A stretch of 32,000 bases of DNA, taken from contig NZ_CP053627.1 in NCBI RefSeq assembly GCF_013177435.1, positions 1,920,001 to 1,952,000 of the forward strand. The letters run 5' to 3'. A program made the translations under genes and the position numbers. Below the pieces are notes generated by a model that was not told the origin of the DNA, did no database searches, and worked only from the letters and a program-made list of their open reading frames with translations. The stretch comes from Xylella taiwanensis. GTDB lineage: Bacteria > Pseudomonadota > Gammaproteobacteria > Xanthomonadales > Xanthomonadaceae. Positions 1 to 11,584 of this stretch are shown here, piece after piece. Each line of letters opens with the position of its first letter. Position 1 is the stretch's first letter.

Positions 1-2186
1 AAGGCTTCATCGTACAACGGATCGGTCTCATCACCTCCTCCGCTGCCTCCCTCCGGCAGACCAGCAGGACCAATCACCGCGCCATCATCCATGGTCTGGA
101 TCTCGTCAAGCACGCCGTCTACATATTGGACTGGAGCACTAGCCTTTAAGTACTCAACCACACGGTGTACCTCGTCATCGCTGACGAAAGCACCATGCAC
201 GCGATCCGGCATTGCTGTACCAGGCGGCAGATACAGCATGTCACCATGGCCAAGCAAAGTCTCGGCACCAGACTGATCCAGGATCGTGCGCGAGTCGATC
301 TTCGAGCTGACCTGAAACGCAATACGTGTTGGGATGTTAGCCTTAATCAAACCGGTAATCACATCTACCGAGGGGCGCTGAGTGGCAAGAATCAGATGGA
401 TACCAGCCGCACGCGCCTTCTGCGCTAAGCGCGCGATCAACTCCTCGACCTTCTTACCGACAATCATCATCATGTCGGCAAATTCATCAATGAAAATGAC
501 GATAAACGGCAACCTCTCCAGTGGCCGCGGTACCTCACTCAGGTCCGAGTTGGGCTTAAAGAGTGGGTCCATCAATGGCTGACCAGCCTCTTCGGCATCC
601 TTAACCTTCTTGTTGAAGCCGGCCAGATTACGTACGCCAACCACGCTCATCAACTTATAACGGCGCTCCATTTCAGCCACACACCAGCGCAAGCCGTTAG
701 CAGCCTCCTTCATGTCGGTCACTACTGGTGCCAGTAGATGCGGGATGCCTTGATAGACACTCAGCTCAAGCATTTTGGGATCGATCATCAACATCCGCAG
801 ATCGTTGTGCGAAGCTTTGAACAACAGGCTCAACACCATCGCATTGACAGCCACCGATTTACCTGAGCCCGTGGTACCAGCAACTAATAGGTGCGGCATC
901 CGCGCTAAGTCGGCGACCGTCGGTCGACCAGCAATGTTCTTACCCAACGCCAGCGTCAACGGACTCGGCGACTTGTCGTATTCCTTGGAACGTAGCAGCT
1001 CAGATAGGAAGATCATTTCGCGGCTGACGTTGGGGATCTCCAGTCCAATCACTGATTTTCCGGGGATCACGTCAACCACACGTACCGACTTGACAGATAA
1101 CCCGCGTGCAATGTCCTTATCCAGCGAGCTGATCTGGCTCACCTTAACACCTCGTGCCGGCTCAATCTCGAAGCGGGTAATCACTGGCCCCGGATAGGCG
1201 CCCACCACCTGCACATCAATGCGAAAATCCTTGAACTTCAATTCGATCTGACGGGATAGCGTCTCCAGCGTCTCCTCGGAATAACCCTTGATCTGCGGCT
1301 TGGGATTATCCAGCAATGCCAGTGACGGCAAGTTAGAACCATTCTTATTGACCCCGAGGAACATCGGTATCTGAGTATCGCGCTTGGCGCGCTCGCTCTT
1401 CTCCACTATAGGTTCCGAAGGTAATTCGATCTTCATCGGATCACGCTTGGCACGCTGTATCGCATCAACTTTGCGCCCTTCTTCACGCTCCTCGCGCAAC
1501 GCACGCGCCTGTTGCCATTCGTCGGCATGGCGCTTGCTCTTCTGCAGTAGCGGTGGAACTGCAAGTGCAGCGCGACCAATTCGCTCCATCACTGCAAACC
1601 AAGACAATCCGGTAGCCAACGTCACCGAAACTAACAGCAACATCAAGATGAACAGGTTAGTCCCGAACGCGCCAAAGCCTGCTTGCAGTGAATTGCACAC
1701 CTGCCTGCCAAGAATGCCTCCAGCACGCGCCACATCACTCTGAAACAAGTGCAGATGCAGTAAACCAGTGGCTGCAATCAAAAAACCAACGATGCCAATC
1801 AAACGCAGCGCAGGCTCCAAGTCCCCCTCTACTTGATCCTCTCGGTCACTGCCAAACAGTGCGATCCAAGTAACAACGCCCAATGCCAGTGGTAGCAAAA
1901 AAGCAACGAAACCACATAATTGGAACAGGACGTCCGCAATCCAGGCGCCTGCTCTTCCACCTACGTTGTGTACGATCACGCTACCGCTCTGCGACCAAGC
2001 CGGATCATCCTTGGAGTAGGTAAACAAACTCGCCATGAGGTACAACAGTATCGGTGCGATCATGATCAACGCCAGATCCCGCCAGAGTTTCTGTCGCTTC
2101 AGTCTATGACCATCCACACTCCATGCCTTGCGTACGGAAGGTTTACTCACAGTGGGCTTGCTGCGCTCGGGAACTTGTTTTGCCAC
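1..2186 (-). CDS. ftsK: DNA translocase FtsK; the first ~728 codons are in the window and the C-terminal end runs off the left edge
   Basis: It is absent from the ORF track because no stop codon lies in the window. My reverse-complement translation from GTG at 2186 (in-frame TAA just upstream) gives [22 protein letters not shown]...[35 protein letters not shown], an FtsK membrane domain. Around 850-900 it encodes the Walker A motif [12 protein letters not shown]. The left end encodes [65 protein letters not shown], the motor domain. Confidence 0.9.
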   Translation of the reverse strand, partial: MAKQVPERSKPTVSKPSVRKAWSVDGHRLKRQKLWRDLALIMIAPILLYLMASLFTYSKDDPAWSQSGSVIVHNVGGRAGAWIADVLFQLCGFVAFLLPLALGVVTWIALFGSDREDQVEGDLEPALRLIGIVGFLIAATGLLHLHLFQSDVARAGGILGRQVCNSLQAGFGAFGTNLFILMLLLVSVTLATGLSWFAVMERIGRAALAVPPLLQKSKRHADEWQQARALREEREEGRKVDAIQRAKRDPMKIELPSEPIVEKSERAKRDTQIPMFLGVNKNGSNLPSLALLDNPKPQIKGYSEETLETLSRQIELKFKDFRIDVQVVGAYPGPVITRFEIEPARGVKVSQISSLDKDIARGLSVKSVRVVDVIPGKSVIGLEIPNVSREMIFLSELLRSKEYDKSPSPLTLALGKNIAGRPTVADLARMPHLLVAGTTGSGKSVAVNAMVLSLLFKASHNDLRMLMIDPKMLELSVYQGIPHLLAPVVTDMKEAANGLRWCVAEMERRYKLMSVVGVRNLAGFNKKVKDAEEAGQPLMDPLFKPNSDLSEVPRPLERLPFIVIFIDEFADMMMIVGKKVEELIARLAQKARAAGIHLILATQRPSVDVITGLIKANIPTRIAFQVSSKIDSRTILDQSGAETLLGHGDMLYLPPGTAMPDRVHGAFVSDDEVHRVVEYLKASAPVQYVDGVLDEIQTMDDGAVIGPAGLPEGGSGGGDETDPLYDEA

Positions 2187-2331
2187 CTGTTGCCAAACCT
2201 TAGGAGTGCCGCATTAGTAATTGATAATAAATGACATTGAATTTGGTTTCAGCTGCATGCATATAGATGCGCAACCGGGTATAGTCACGGGGTTCGTGAT
2301 CAGCTGAAGCTGACCATGCACACAGAGTCTT

Positions 2332-2349
2332 GCACTTCTAGCACTTCTA
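2332..2349. repeat. Two tandem copies of the 9-mer GCACTTCTA, followed by a partial GCA, in the ftsK-trxB divergent spacer
   Basis: Read directly: tt GCACTTCTA GCACTTCTA GCAactcgg. Confidence 0.8.
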
Positions 2350-2437
2350 GCAACTCGGCTTGATTCGCCGACAAAAGGGCACCACTCTATGGCGAGAACC
2401 AAAGCTGGCAATCCACGGCGATCTTCTCTGCCAATGA

Positions 2438-3424
<987 letters not shown>

Positions 3425-3864
3425 CCCGCTCGAGTACAACCTGAGCAATGCAGGTAAAAACAACTGAGGCCCATGACCATTTCATACTGGAAACGCCATG
3501 CGGAATAGGTCACCGATAACTCCACGTAGCACTGTCCTTCCCCCATTTAGGTAGCAGCAACACACCACCGACCTCAAATAAAATCACCAACCAAGGCTGC
3601 AGCGGCTCAGTCGGCCACCCTCGCGATATCCGCAACACTTCAACGCAGGCACGGGCTGCCCCTTAATCACTGGCCTTGATCATAATGGACTATAGCTCAT
3701 CTACCCACGACACCACATCACATGCGACTTGGCGATCGATCCAGGACTGTGCAGGGGAGCTCTCCGTTCATTAGCATGTTTTTGTTCTCGGTCATCGACC
3801 TAATCACGCTGGGTATCAACTTCTACAATAACGGCATCCAAACGATGTTGTTCACCGCCGGAAC

Positions 3865-5004
3865 ATGATGACGAACTTGGAGGTACGCTGGCTCAATGCG
3901 CTGGACCAGGTTGCAGCCAATACTTGGGACTCACTGCACGACCACACCAACCCCTTTCTAACACATGCCTTCCTATGCGGTCTGGAGCAGTATGGCTGCC
4001 TACGTCCATCCTGGGGTTGGCAACCACTCCACCTCACCCTCTGGGACAACAGCACCCTAGTCGCCGCCGCACCAGGCTATCTGAAGCACAACTCACACGG
4101 TGAGTTTATGTTCGATCATGCCTGGGCAAATGCCTATGCGCTTCAAAAACAAGCCTACTACCCGAAGTGGTTGTGCGGTATACCTTATTGTCCAGTCACC
4201 GGCCCCCGCTTATTAACACGCGATACGGCGAAGCGTCAGGCTCTACTCACAGCAATACAGGCTCGGGTCACACAAGACAATCTTTCCTCAGCTCATATCA
4301 ATTTTCATACCGCTGAGGAGGAGGCCGCATTTGGAGCCACCAATGACAGTTGGCTGGCCCGAAGCAACGTGCAGTACCATTGGTGCAACAGTGCAGACTG
4401 GGCCGATTTCGACACATTCCTAGCCACGATGGACCACAAGCACCGCAAGAACATCCGACAGGAACGAGCAAAAATCGCACGCACCGGAGTGCACGTCCAC
4501 TGCATACATGGCGACGAAGCAACCCCTATCGAGCTGCAAGCGATGCATCGCTTCTATTTGAATACCTTCCATCAATACGGCAATGCACCAGCCTTGACCC
4601 TGCAATTCCTTACGCATCTAGCAAAGACGATACCGCGGCAGCTGGTGCTGTTCATGGCCAAACTTAACGGCAAGCTGATCGGCGGTGCGCTGTGCTTGCG
4701 CGGTGCAAAGACGCTGTACGGTCGTCATTGGGGTGGCGCAGCATTGCCGGGGCTGCACTTCGAGACTTGCTACTACCAGGGCATTGATTACTGCCTACGC
4801 GAGGGGTTGACCCGCTTCGAGCCAGGTGCCCAAGGCACGCACAAGATCGCACGCGGCTTTCTACCAACCGAGGTGCATAGCCGACATTGGATCGCCGATC
4901 CTCGCTTCCGAACGCCACTGGCAGACTGGTGTGCGCAGGAACGCATCGCAGTCACACGCCAGATACGCGAACTGGTTGCACATTCACCGTTCCGTAGAGA
5001 CTGA
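3865..5004 (+). CDS. Uncharacterised DUF482 / FemAB-like (GNAT-fold) family protein
   Basis: 379-aa ORF. The motifs HNSHGEFMFDHAWANAY, YYPKWL and PYCPVTGPRLL match my recollection of the DUF482/FemAB-like family. The family call is from memory. Its stop is 10 nt before the aat start. Confidence 0.75.
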   Translation: MMTNLEVRWLNALDQVAANTWDSLHDHTNPFLTHAFLCGLEQYGCLRPSWGWQPLHLTLWDNSTLVAAAPGYLKHNSHGEFMFDHAWANAYALQKQAYYPKWLCGIPYCPVTGPRLLTRDTAKRQALLTAIQARVTQDNLSSAHINFHTAEEEAAFGATNDSWLARSNVQYHWCNSADWADFDTFLATMDHKHRKNIRQERAKIARTGVHVHCIHGDEATPIELQAMHRFYLNTFHQYGNAPALTLQFLTHLAKTIPRQLVLFMAKLNGKLIGGALCLRGAKTLYGRHWGGAALPGLHFETCYYQGIDYCLREGLTRFEPGAQGTHKIARGFLPTEVHSRHWIADPRFRTPLADWCAQERIAVTRQIRELVAHSPFRRD

Positions 5005-5014
5005 ACGATCACTC

Positions 5015-5746
5015 GTGCATCTATACCCCTATCTGCTCTCCCCCTCACCAGATACACCATTCCCACCGGCCGAACACGCCCTGCGCGAACCAAACGGGCT
5101 ACTTGCAGTCGGCGGTGACCTGACCCCCCAACGTTTGCTCGCCGCTTATGGAGGCGGGATCTTTCCTTGGTTCACCGAAGAACAACCACTGCTGTGGTGG
5201 TCGCCCGATCCTCGCACCGTGTTTCGTAGTGACAGCATACATTTGAGCAGACGCTTCCGCCGCAGCCTACGCACTTCAACCTGGACAGTGCGCGCTGACA
5301 GTATGTTCGCCGCGGTGATCGACGCCTGTGCATGTACTTCACGCCGAGGCCAAGATGGTACTTGGATCACTGCGAATATGCGTGAAGCCTACCTGACGTT
5401 ACACCGACTTGGGTATGCTCATTCGGTTGAAGTATTTGATGGCATCATGCTCGTTGGCGGCCTTTATGGCGTGGCGCTTGGACACATGTTTTTTGGCGAA
5501 AGTATGTTCAGTACTCGCAACGGTGCTTCCAAGATCGCTCTCGCCAGCCTTGCAAATTTCTTACACACACACAACATGCCACTCATTGATGCCCAAGTGG
5601 AGAACCAGCACTTGCTGAACCTGGGTGCCGAACGCTGGCCACGCAATGACTTTCTGGCACATGTGCGCCGCTTGGTCACAGAAACCGGATTACCTACCTG
5701 TTGGAATACGCTGTTCGGCGAGCACTTAAGTAGAGATCTCGCATGA
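5015..5746 (+). CDS. aat: Leucyl/phenylalanyl-tRNA--protein transferase
   Basis: FPPAEHALREPNGLLAVGGDLTPQRLLAAYGGGIFPWF...LLWWSPDPR...GESMFS closely parallels E. coli Aat. The track ORF begins at 4826 but overlaps the upstream gene. The in-frame GTG at 5015 gives a 243-aa product with the expected N-terminal length. Confidence 0.9.
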   Translation: MHLYPYLLSPSPDTPFPPAEHALREPNGLLAVGGDLTPQRLLAAYGGGIFPWFTEEQPLLWWSPDPRTVFRSDSIHLSRRFRRSLRTSTWTVRADSMFAAVIDACACTSRRGQDGTWITANMREAYLTLHRLGYAHSVEVFDGIMLVGGLYGVALGHMFFGESMFSTRNGASKIALASLANFLHTHNMPLIDAQVENQHLLNLGAERWPRNDFLAHVRRLVTETGLPTCWNTLFGEHLSRDLA

Positions 5747-5822
5747 GCCCCCTACTTCACTCATCACGTTAAACGAAATCTTTTGCGCCGTGTCGAGATA
5801 GCGCGTAGGATATTTGCCCTTG

Positions 5823-5839
5823 GCGGCCCGCCGGGCCGC
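5823..5839 (+). other. GC-rich stem-loop (GCGGCCC / gcc loop / GGGCCGC) in the aat-infA spacer, 24 nt upstream of the infA ATG
   Basis: A perfect 7-bp all-G/C-dominated stem read directly from the sequence. No T-run follows on either strand, so its role (attenuator, processing site or 5'UTR structure) is open. Confidence 0.3.
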
Positions 5840-5862
5840 ATGTGGATTGCACACAGGACTAC

Positions 5863-6081
5863 ATGTCGAAAGACGATTGCATCGAATTTGAGGGCACTGT
5901 CAGCGAGACACTGCCGAATACTACTTTTCGGGTCAAGTTAGAAAACGGGCACGAAATTACCGCTCATATTTCCGGACGCATGCGCAAAAACTACATTCGC
6001 ATCCTGACCGGCGACCGCGTTAAAATCGAGATGACTGCATACGATCTAACTAAGGGACGCATCATCTATCGTATGAAATAA
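5863..6081 (+). CDS. infA: Translation initiation factor IF-1
   Basis: [72 protein letters not shown] is 72 aa and near-identical in pattern to IF-1. The ATG at 5863 lies within the longer track ORF that starts at GTG 5842. Confidence 0.97.
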   Translation: MSKDDCIEFEGTVSETLPNTTFRVKLENGHEITAHISGRMRKNYIRILTGDRVKIEMTAYDLTKGRIIYRMK

Positions 6082-6411
6082 CCCTGTCAGCAGCATAACC
6101 CGCAAGGTCCAATACATCTTTTGTCGGCAGGCAGCGAAAGCTAGCGGATTTTGGAATTGCGGGTGGTTGCCTTTGCTCAGTTTTTTCGATTACTTTGCTT
6201 ATTACCGGCTTTTTATGTCTCAGGAAGTGGATCCCCTGAACTAAAAGTCTTTCTGGAGGCTTCACGCGCCTACATGCGTATCCAGCTGAGTTCGCGTGTT
6301 GCCCAACCGCGCACTCACCGCTCCAATGCCTTCAAACAACCCTGAAGAACACGAATCAGATGCAATGGGAAAAATTAAAGACTTACTCCACCACCCTTAA
6401 GTTGAGCAATA

Positions 6412-8688
6412 TCACTCCACGGTCGCCGGCAATAACCGCTCTGGTTCCGAATAAGCCTCCACAATCAACTCGTCGTCACGCACATCAATGCCAACCCGGC
6501 CACCGCTGAGCAGCTTACCAAACAATAATTCGTCTGCGAGTGGGCGTTTAATTTTTTCTTGAATCACACGCGCCATCGGACGGGCACCCATCAGAGGATC
6601 GAACCCATGCTGAGCTAGCCAGTCGCGAGCGATTGGTGTAGCCGACAAGGCAACACGTTTCTCTTGGAGCAACATCTCCAGCTCAATGATGAACTTGTCG
6701 ACGACCCGCAGAATATGACTGAAACCCAGTGGTTGGAACTGCACAATCGCATCAAGACGATTGCGGAACTCCGGACTGAAACTGCGGCAAATCACCTCCA
6801 TCGCATCGCTGGAATGATCCTGCTTGGTGAAACCAATCGTGCGACGTGAAGACTGGGCTGCACCTGCATTGGTAGTCATTACCAGAATCACATTCTTAAA
6901 GCTCGCCTCACGCCCATTGGTGTCTGTTAACACACCGCGGTCCATGACCTGTAGCAGAATATTGAAGATATCCATATGCGCTTTCTCCACCTCGTCCAAC
7001 AGCAGAACGCAGTGTGGAGTTTTAACGATCTTCTCGGTCAGTAACCCTCCCTGGTCAAAACCAACATAGCCGGGAGGCGCACCAATCAAACGACTCACCG
7101 AATGCGGTTCCATGTACTCAGACATGTCAAAGCGCACCAACTCGATCCCGAGGTGTAGCGCTAATTGTTTAGTCACCTCAGTTTTACCAACACCCGTTGG
7201 GCCAGCAAACAAGAAGTTGCCGATCGGTTTATCCGGGTTACCCAGACCACTGCGGGCCAACTTAATTGCCGAGGACAGCATCTCAATCGCTGGCTCCTGG
7301 CCAAAGATCACCATCTTCAAGTTGCGCTCGAGGTGCTTCAGAACGTCCTTGTCGCTCACACTCACCTGTTTAGCAGGGACCCTAGCCATCTTAGTGACGA
7401 TGGTCTCAATCTCCTCAATATCGATCAACTCCTTGCGCTCTTTCTCCGGTAACAAACGCTGACGTGCACCTGCCTCATCAATCACATCGATCGCCTTATC
7501 CGGCAGCAATCGGTCACCAATGTGTTTGACTGATAGATCGACTGCAGCGCGTAATGCGCCGTCCGCATAGGTAACACCATGATGTGCCTCGTACTTAGGC
7601 TTGAGCCCTTGCAGAATCTCGAAAGTTTCACCTGCGGTGGGTTCGACGATATCGATCTTCTGAAAACGCCTCGCTAAGGCACGATCCTTTTCGAAGATAC
7701 CGCGGTACTCTTGAAACGTGGTCGAACCAATGCAGCGTAACTCACCTGAAGCTAAAGCTGGTTTGATCAGATTAGACGCATCCATCGTGCCGCCCGAAGC
7801 AGAACCAGCACCAATGATGGTGTGGATTTCATCAATAAAGAGCACTGCGTTAGGGATTTTCCTCAACGCACTTAACACACTCTTCAGGCGTTTTTCAAAG
7901 TCACCACGATATTTGGTGCCAGCCACCAGGGCCCCAAGATCCAACGAGTAAATCACCGCATCGGCAAGCACTTCCGGCACACTTCGATCAACAATACGCT
8001 TGGCCAAACCCTCAGCGATTGCAGTCTTACCCACACCAGCTTCACCTACATATAGTGGGTTATTCTTGCGACGTCGGCATAACACCTGGATTGTACGTTC
8101 AATCTCATCTTTACGCCCAACCAATGGATCAATGCGTCCATTGCGTGCCTGTTCATTCAAGTTGAGAGCATATTCAGCGAGAGCGTCACCTTTATTAGAC
8201 TCACCCTCACCCTTGGCTTCATTCTCAGCGGCCTGTCCGATGTCGCTCTCCTCACCCATACGGGTAATGCCGTGCGATAAGTAGTTGACGATATCCAGTC
8301 GGGTGATGTCCTGCTGATTCAGGAAATAGACGGCATGCGAATCCTTTTCACCAAAGATCGCCACTAGTACGTTAGCCCCGGTCACCTCTTTCTTACCAGA
8401 AGACTGCACATGGTAGACGGCTCGCTGCAGCACCCGTTGAAAACCAAGCGTCGGCTGAGTATCACGAGCGTCATCGGCATCCAGGCGGGTAATTGATGCC
8501 TCAATGGCTTGCTCAAGATCACGCTTCAACCTTGTAACATCCGCACCACACGCCTTCAGCACAGCGTGTGCCAACGGATTGTCCAACAATGAAAGAAGCA
8601 AGTGCTCGACGGTCATGAACTCATGACATGCCTCACGAGTTCGCTTGTAGCACTGGCCAATGGTTTGCTCGAGGTCTTTGCTGAACAT
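6412..8688 (-). CDS. clpA: ATP-dependent Clp protease ATP-binding subunit ClpA
   Basis: 758-aa product with an N-domain MFSKDLEQTIGQCYKRTREACHEFMTVEHLLLSLL and two AAA+ modules (GEAGVGKTAIAEGLA and GPTGVGKTEVTKQLA). I place the start at ATG 8688, preceded by GGAG, rather than at the TTG at 8700. Confidence 0.95.
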   Translation of the reverse strand: MFSKDLEQTIGQCYKRTREACHEFMTVEHLLLSLLDNPLAHAVLKACGADVTRLKRDLEQAIEASITRLDADDARDTQPTLGFQRVLQRAVYHVQSSGKKEVTGANVLVAIFGEKDSHAVYFLNQQDITRLDIVNYLSHGITRMGEESDIGQAAENEAKGEGESNKGDALAEYALNLNEQARNGRIDPLVGRKDEIERTIQVLCRRRKNNPLYVGEAGVGKTAIAEGLAKRIVDRSVPEVLADAVIYSLDLGALVAGTKYRGDFEKRLKSVLSALRKIPNAVLFIDEIHTIIGAGSASGGTMDASNLIKPALASGELRCIGSTTFQEYRGIFEKDRALARRFQKIDIVEPTAGETFEILQGLKPKYEAHHGVTYADGALRAAVDLSVKHIGDRLLPDKAIDVIDEAGARQRLLPEKERKELIDIEEIETIVTKMARVPAKQVSVSDKDVLKHLERNLKMVIFGQEPAIEMLSSAIKLARSGLGNPDKPIGNFLFAGPTGVGKTEVTKQLALHLGIELVRFDMSEYMEPHSVSRLIGAPPGYVGFDQGGLLTEKIVKTPHCVLLLDEVEKAHMDIFNILLQVMDRGVLTDTNGREASFKNVILVMTTNAGAAQSSRRTIGFTKQDHSSDAMEVICRSFSPEFRNRLDAIVQFQPLGFSHILRVVDKFIIELEMLLQEKRVALSATPIARDWLAQHGFDPLMGARPMARVIQEKIKRPLADELLFGKLLSGGRVGIDVRDDELIVEAYSEPERLLPATVE

Positions 8689-8816
8689 GGGTGACTCCAA
8701 CAGCTGTTACACACAATATGAGGCATGAGCGGGGATTTTCCACAGCCCTACTAAATAAGAGCATTCAGACACCGTTAGCACCAACCATGCAATCCAAGTA
8801 GATTGGAATTAGGGAT

Positions 8817-9137
8817 TTATGCCTGTTTCATCGTGCATAGCAGTGGATGCTGATGTATCCGAGAAAACTCGTTAACCTGCGCAACCTTCGATTCGGCCAC
8901 CTCACGAGTATAGAACCCACAGACACCACGACCGCGAGTATGTACATGCAACATGATCTGAGTTGCCTTCTTCAGATCCATCGCAAAGAATTGCTGCAAC
9001 ACCACGATAACAAAATCCATTGGGGTGTAATCGTCATTCAGGAGCAACACCTGATACCGTGGTGGTGGAGCGACCCCGGCATTGCCGGTCTCCAGCAGTA
9101 ATGCATTATCCTGATCGTGTACGGTCTTTTGTGACAT
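8817..9137 (-). CDS. clpS: ClpA adaptor / N-degron recognin ClpS
   Basis: 106 aa. [27 protein letters not shown]...AT..ML.VH..G is the ClpS core. It lies immediately upstream of clpA on the same strand. Confidence 0.93.
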   Translation of the reverse strand: MSQKTVHDQDNALLLETGNAGVAPPPRYQVLLLNDDYTPMDFVIVVLQQFFAMDLKKATQIMLHVHTRGRGVCGFYTREVAESKVAQVNEFSRIHQHPLLCTMKQA

Positions 9138-9338
9138 TTGAGAAATTATACGGCGGAGAACATGTCAGATTGAACGATCAAAAGGCTACGGTTCACAATT
9201 CTTCCCCTCATTCAGATTCTCCCGCGTCAAGCCTTTTAACGATGGACAGGTTCCCAGCCACCGCCGTCTTACTCAAATCTTACCAACTCATGCAGTGTAC
9301 TTCGCGCGCGACGCTGTATCCGGATTAGTCATACACAG

Positions 9339-9797
9339 ATGACCCTAACACAAGAACACTGGCAACCAAACGTGACCGTAGCCACTGTGGTAGCACGGAA
9401 CGGACACCTGCTACTTATCGAAGAAACCATTGATGGTGTACTGATGCTGAATCAACCTGCCGGCCATTTGGAACTCGGCGAAAGTCTACTCCAGGCTGCG
9501 CTGCGCGAAACTCTGGAAGAAACCGGCTGGAAAGTGCGTTTGACTGGCCTGATCGACAGTTACCTGTGGACCCCTCCAACCGGCTGTAGCTACCTGAGGT
9601 TCGCTTTCGCTGCAGAACCATTGACCTACTATCCCCAGCATCCGCTGGATATCGGCATCGTGCGTGCTCTTTGGCTGACTCCATCAGAGCTGCAAGCAGC
9701 CACAGTACCCCTACGCAGCCCGCTGGTATGGCGGGTAGTAACCGACTATCTTTCAGGGCAACATGCCCCACTGGACTTGGTTCAATACTTACCATGA
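9339..9797 (+). CDS. nudJ: NUDIX hydrolase, NudJ-like
   Basis: 152 aa. The Nudix box is [31 protein letters not shown]...[19 protein letters not shown] and LRSPLV parallel E. coli NudJ. It sits directly upstream of mnmA as in E. coli, and its TGA overlaps the mnmA ATG (ATGA at 9794-9797). Confidence 0.8.
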   Translation: MTLTQEHWQPNVTVATVVARNGHLLLIEETIDGVLMLNQPAGHLELGESLLQAALRETLEETGWKVRLTGLIDSYLWTPPTGCSYLRFAFAAEPLTYYPQHPLDIGIVRALWLTPSELQAATVPLRSPLVWRVVTDYLSGQHAPLDLVQYLP

Positions 9798-10918
9798 ATG
9801 CGCCCCGAATCATCGTAGGCATGTCCGGCGGGGTGGATTCATCGGTCGCAGCTTGGCGCTTGAGCAGTCAACAGCAAGCCATAGCCGGATTGTTCATGCA
9901 AAATTGGACTGACGACGGCAACGGTAAGTGCCATGCCGAAGACGATCGATGCGACGCCGTAGCAGTGTGCGGCATACTGGACATTGCTTTCTACTTCCGT
10001 GATTTCTCACGCGAGTACTGGCAAGAGGTATTCACGCATTTCCTGGTCGAATACGCAAATGGGCGCACGCCTAATCCAGACGTACTTTGTAACCGTGAAA
10101 TCAAATTCAAGCATTTCTTGGATACAGCACGCGAACTTGGAGCCGAACGCATCGCCACCGGCCACTACGCCAGGATTGAGCGTTCTCCCCAAAGTTGGCA
10201 CCTGTTAAGGGGCGCCGACCGCAGCAAAGACCAAAGCTACTTCCTGCACCAACTTGGTCAGGAGCAATTAGCGGCCACGCTGTTCCCAATCGGCGATCTG
10301 GAGAAATCTCAGCTACGCCGCCTGGCACACCAAGCAGGTCTCCCTACCCATGCCAAAAAAGACTCCACCGGGATCTGCTTCATCGGCGAACGCAACTTCC
10401 GAGACTTCCTCAAGCAGTACCTACCAGCACAGCCAGGCGAAATCCGTGATCCACAAGGACAGCGGATTGCCGAGCATCCTGGGGTGTTCTATTTTACTCT
10501 GGGTCAACGTAAGGGTCTTAATATCGGAGGAGTGCGCAACCGCACCGCTTCACCCTGGTACGTCATCGGCAAAGACTTGGCAACCAACGTACTGTACGTA
10601 GATCAAAATCGTGACAGCCCCTTCCTGCAATCACGCTGGCTACGCTCGGAACCCGCACACTGGGTGTCCGGATCACCGCCAACGCACACCTTCACCTGCA
10701 CCGCACAGACACGCTACCGCCAAGCTGATGAGCCTTGCAAAGTAACGGTACACAACGACGGAAGCCTGGACGTACATTTCACACGAACACAATGGGCAGT
10801 CACTCCGGGGCAATCACTGGTACTGTACGACGGCGATGAATGTCTAGGTGGGGCAGTTATCGCCACTACAGACGCGCCGTTAGAACGCAAGCTGGCGTGT
10901 AATCTTTTCAAAACTTGA
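9794..10918 (+). CDS. mnmA: tRNA-specific 2-thiouridylase MnmA
   Basis: The PP-loop [21 protein letters not shown] sits at the ATG at 9794. ATGHYAR, KDQSYFL and GICFIGE motifs are present. The track ORF start at 9671 is an upstream extension overlapping nudJ. Confidence 0.95.
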   Translation: MNAPRIIVGMSGGVDSSVAAWRLSSQQQAIAGLFMQNWTDDGNGKCHAEDDRCDAVAVCGILDIAFYFRDFSREYWQEVFTHFLVEYANGRTPNPDVLCNREIKFKHFLDTARELGAERIATGHYARIERSPQSWHLLRGADRSKDQSYFLHQLGQEQLAATLFPIGDLEKSQLRRLAHQAGLPTHAKKDSTGICFIGERNFRDFLKQYLPAQPGEIRDPQGQRIAEHPGVFYFTLGQRKGLNIGGVRNRTASPWYVIGKDLATNVLYVDQNRDSPFLQSRWLRSEPAHWVSGSPPTHTFTCTAQTRYRQADEPCKVTVHNDGSLDVHFTRTQWAVTPGQSLVLYDGDECLGGAVIATTDAPLERKLACNLFKT

Positions 10919-10930
10919 GAATGTGCTGCA

Positions 10931-11545
10931 ATGAATGCTCTGATAGATAACCGGGTACTGGCGTTGGCTGGCGTAGTACAAGCACTGCAACAAGTACGGC
11001 AAATCGCAGAAACCGGACAATCCGAAACCTCAGCAGTACGTACAGCCATGAACAGCGTATTCCGTATTGACGCCGAATCACCAGAAGCAGTCTACGGTAA
11101 GATATGTGATCTTACTCAAGGGCTGCACCTGCTGCGCGACTACTTCGGTAACCAAGTCCGCGACCAATTACTTCCGCGCCTAACGCTAGCGGTATTGCAA
11201 TTGGAGCGCCGCTTCATGCGAGACACCTCTATCGTAGTCGCCGTTTCAATCGGGATTACCCAAGCAGCGCATCAGGCCGAACAAACCGGCGACAGTGCCC
11301 ACCCGGAAGTACTATCCACGCTCGGTGCCTTATACGCCAACACAATCAGTCATCTGCGTCCCAGAATCATCGTGCAGGGCAACCCACACTACCTCGGTCA
11401 AGCCGGAGTGGTCGCCGAGATTCGCGCCATGCTATTGGCCGCACTCCGCTCAGCAGTGTTGTGGCGCCAACTAAACGGCAACTTATGGGATTTCATGCTT
11501 TCAAAACGAGCTATGGCAGCCGCCGCAGAACGTGCCCTGCGCTGA
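10931..11545 (+). CDS. hflD: High frequency of lysogenization protein HflD homologue
   Basis: 204 aa. [17 protein letters not shown]...LQLERR...[18 protein letters not shown]...[22 protein letters not shown] is collinear with E. coli HflD. It follows mnmA as in E. coli. Confidence 0.85.
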   Translation: MNALIDNRVLALAGVVQALQQVRQIAETGQSETSAVRTAMNSVFRIDAESPEAVYGKICDLTQGLHLLRDYFGNQVRDQLLPRLTLAVLQLERRFMRDTSIVVAVSIGITQAAHQAEQTGDSAHPEVLSTLGALYANTISHLRPRIIVQGNPHYLGQAGVVAEIRAMLLAALRSAVLWRQLNGNLWDFMLSKRAMAAAAERALR

Positions 11546-11584
11546 ACCAAAACGCGAGACACATCTGTCACGCACTCAGCTTTA

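Noticed and set aside
2214-2411. A 65-aa minus-strand ORF in the ftsK-trxB spacer, which is the position of lrp in E. coli.
   Set aside because: Its sequence bears no resemblance to Lrp/AsnC. It sits upstream of ftsK, where the ftsK and trxB promoters are expected.
4826-5014. N-terminal extensions of track ORFs: aat from 4826, mnmA from 9671, purL from 23369, murA from 29948, argD from 20272, clpA from 8700, dsbA from 14627 and infA from 5842.
   Set aside because: The extensions overlap neighbouring genes or add residues absent from homologues. Internal starts give N-termini that match the families, and several are preceded by GGAG-type SD sequences.
6151-6345. A 64-aa + strand ORF with a hydrophobic N-terminus, and an overlapping 67-aa minus-strand ORF, in the infA-clpA convergent gap. 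I also looked here for the tRNA-Ser gene found at this position in E. coli.
   Set aside because: It has a TTG start without an SD, no family resemblance, and no tRNA-like T-arm or acceptor sequence. I could not define a convincing rho-independent terminator either.
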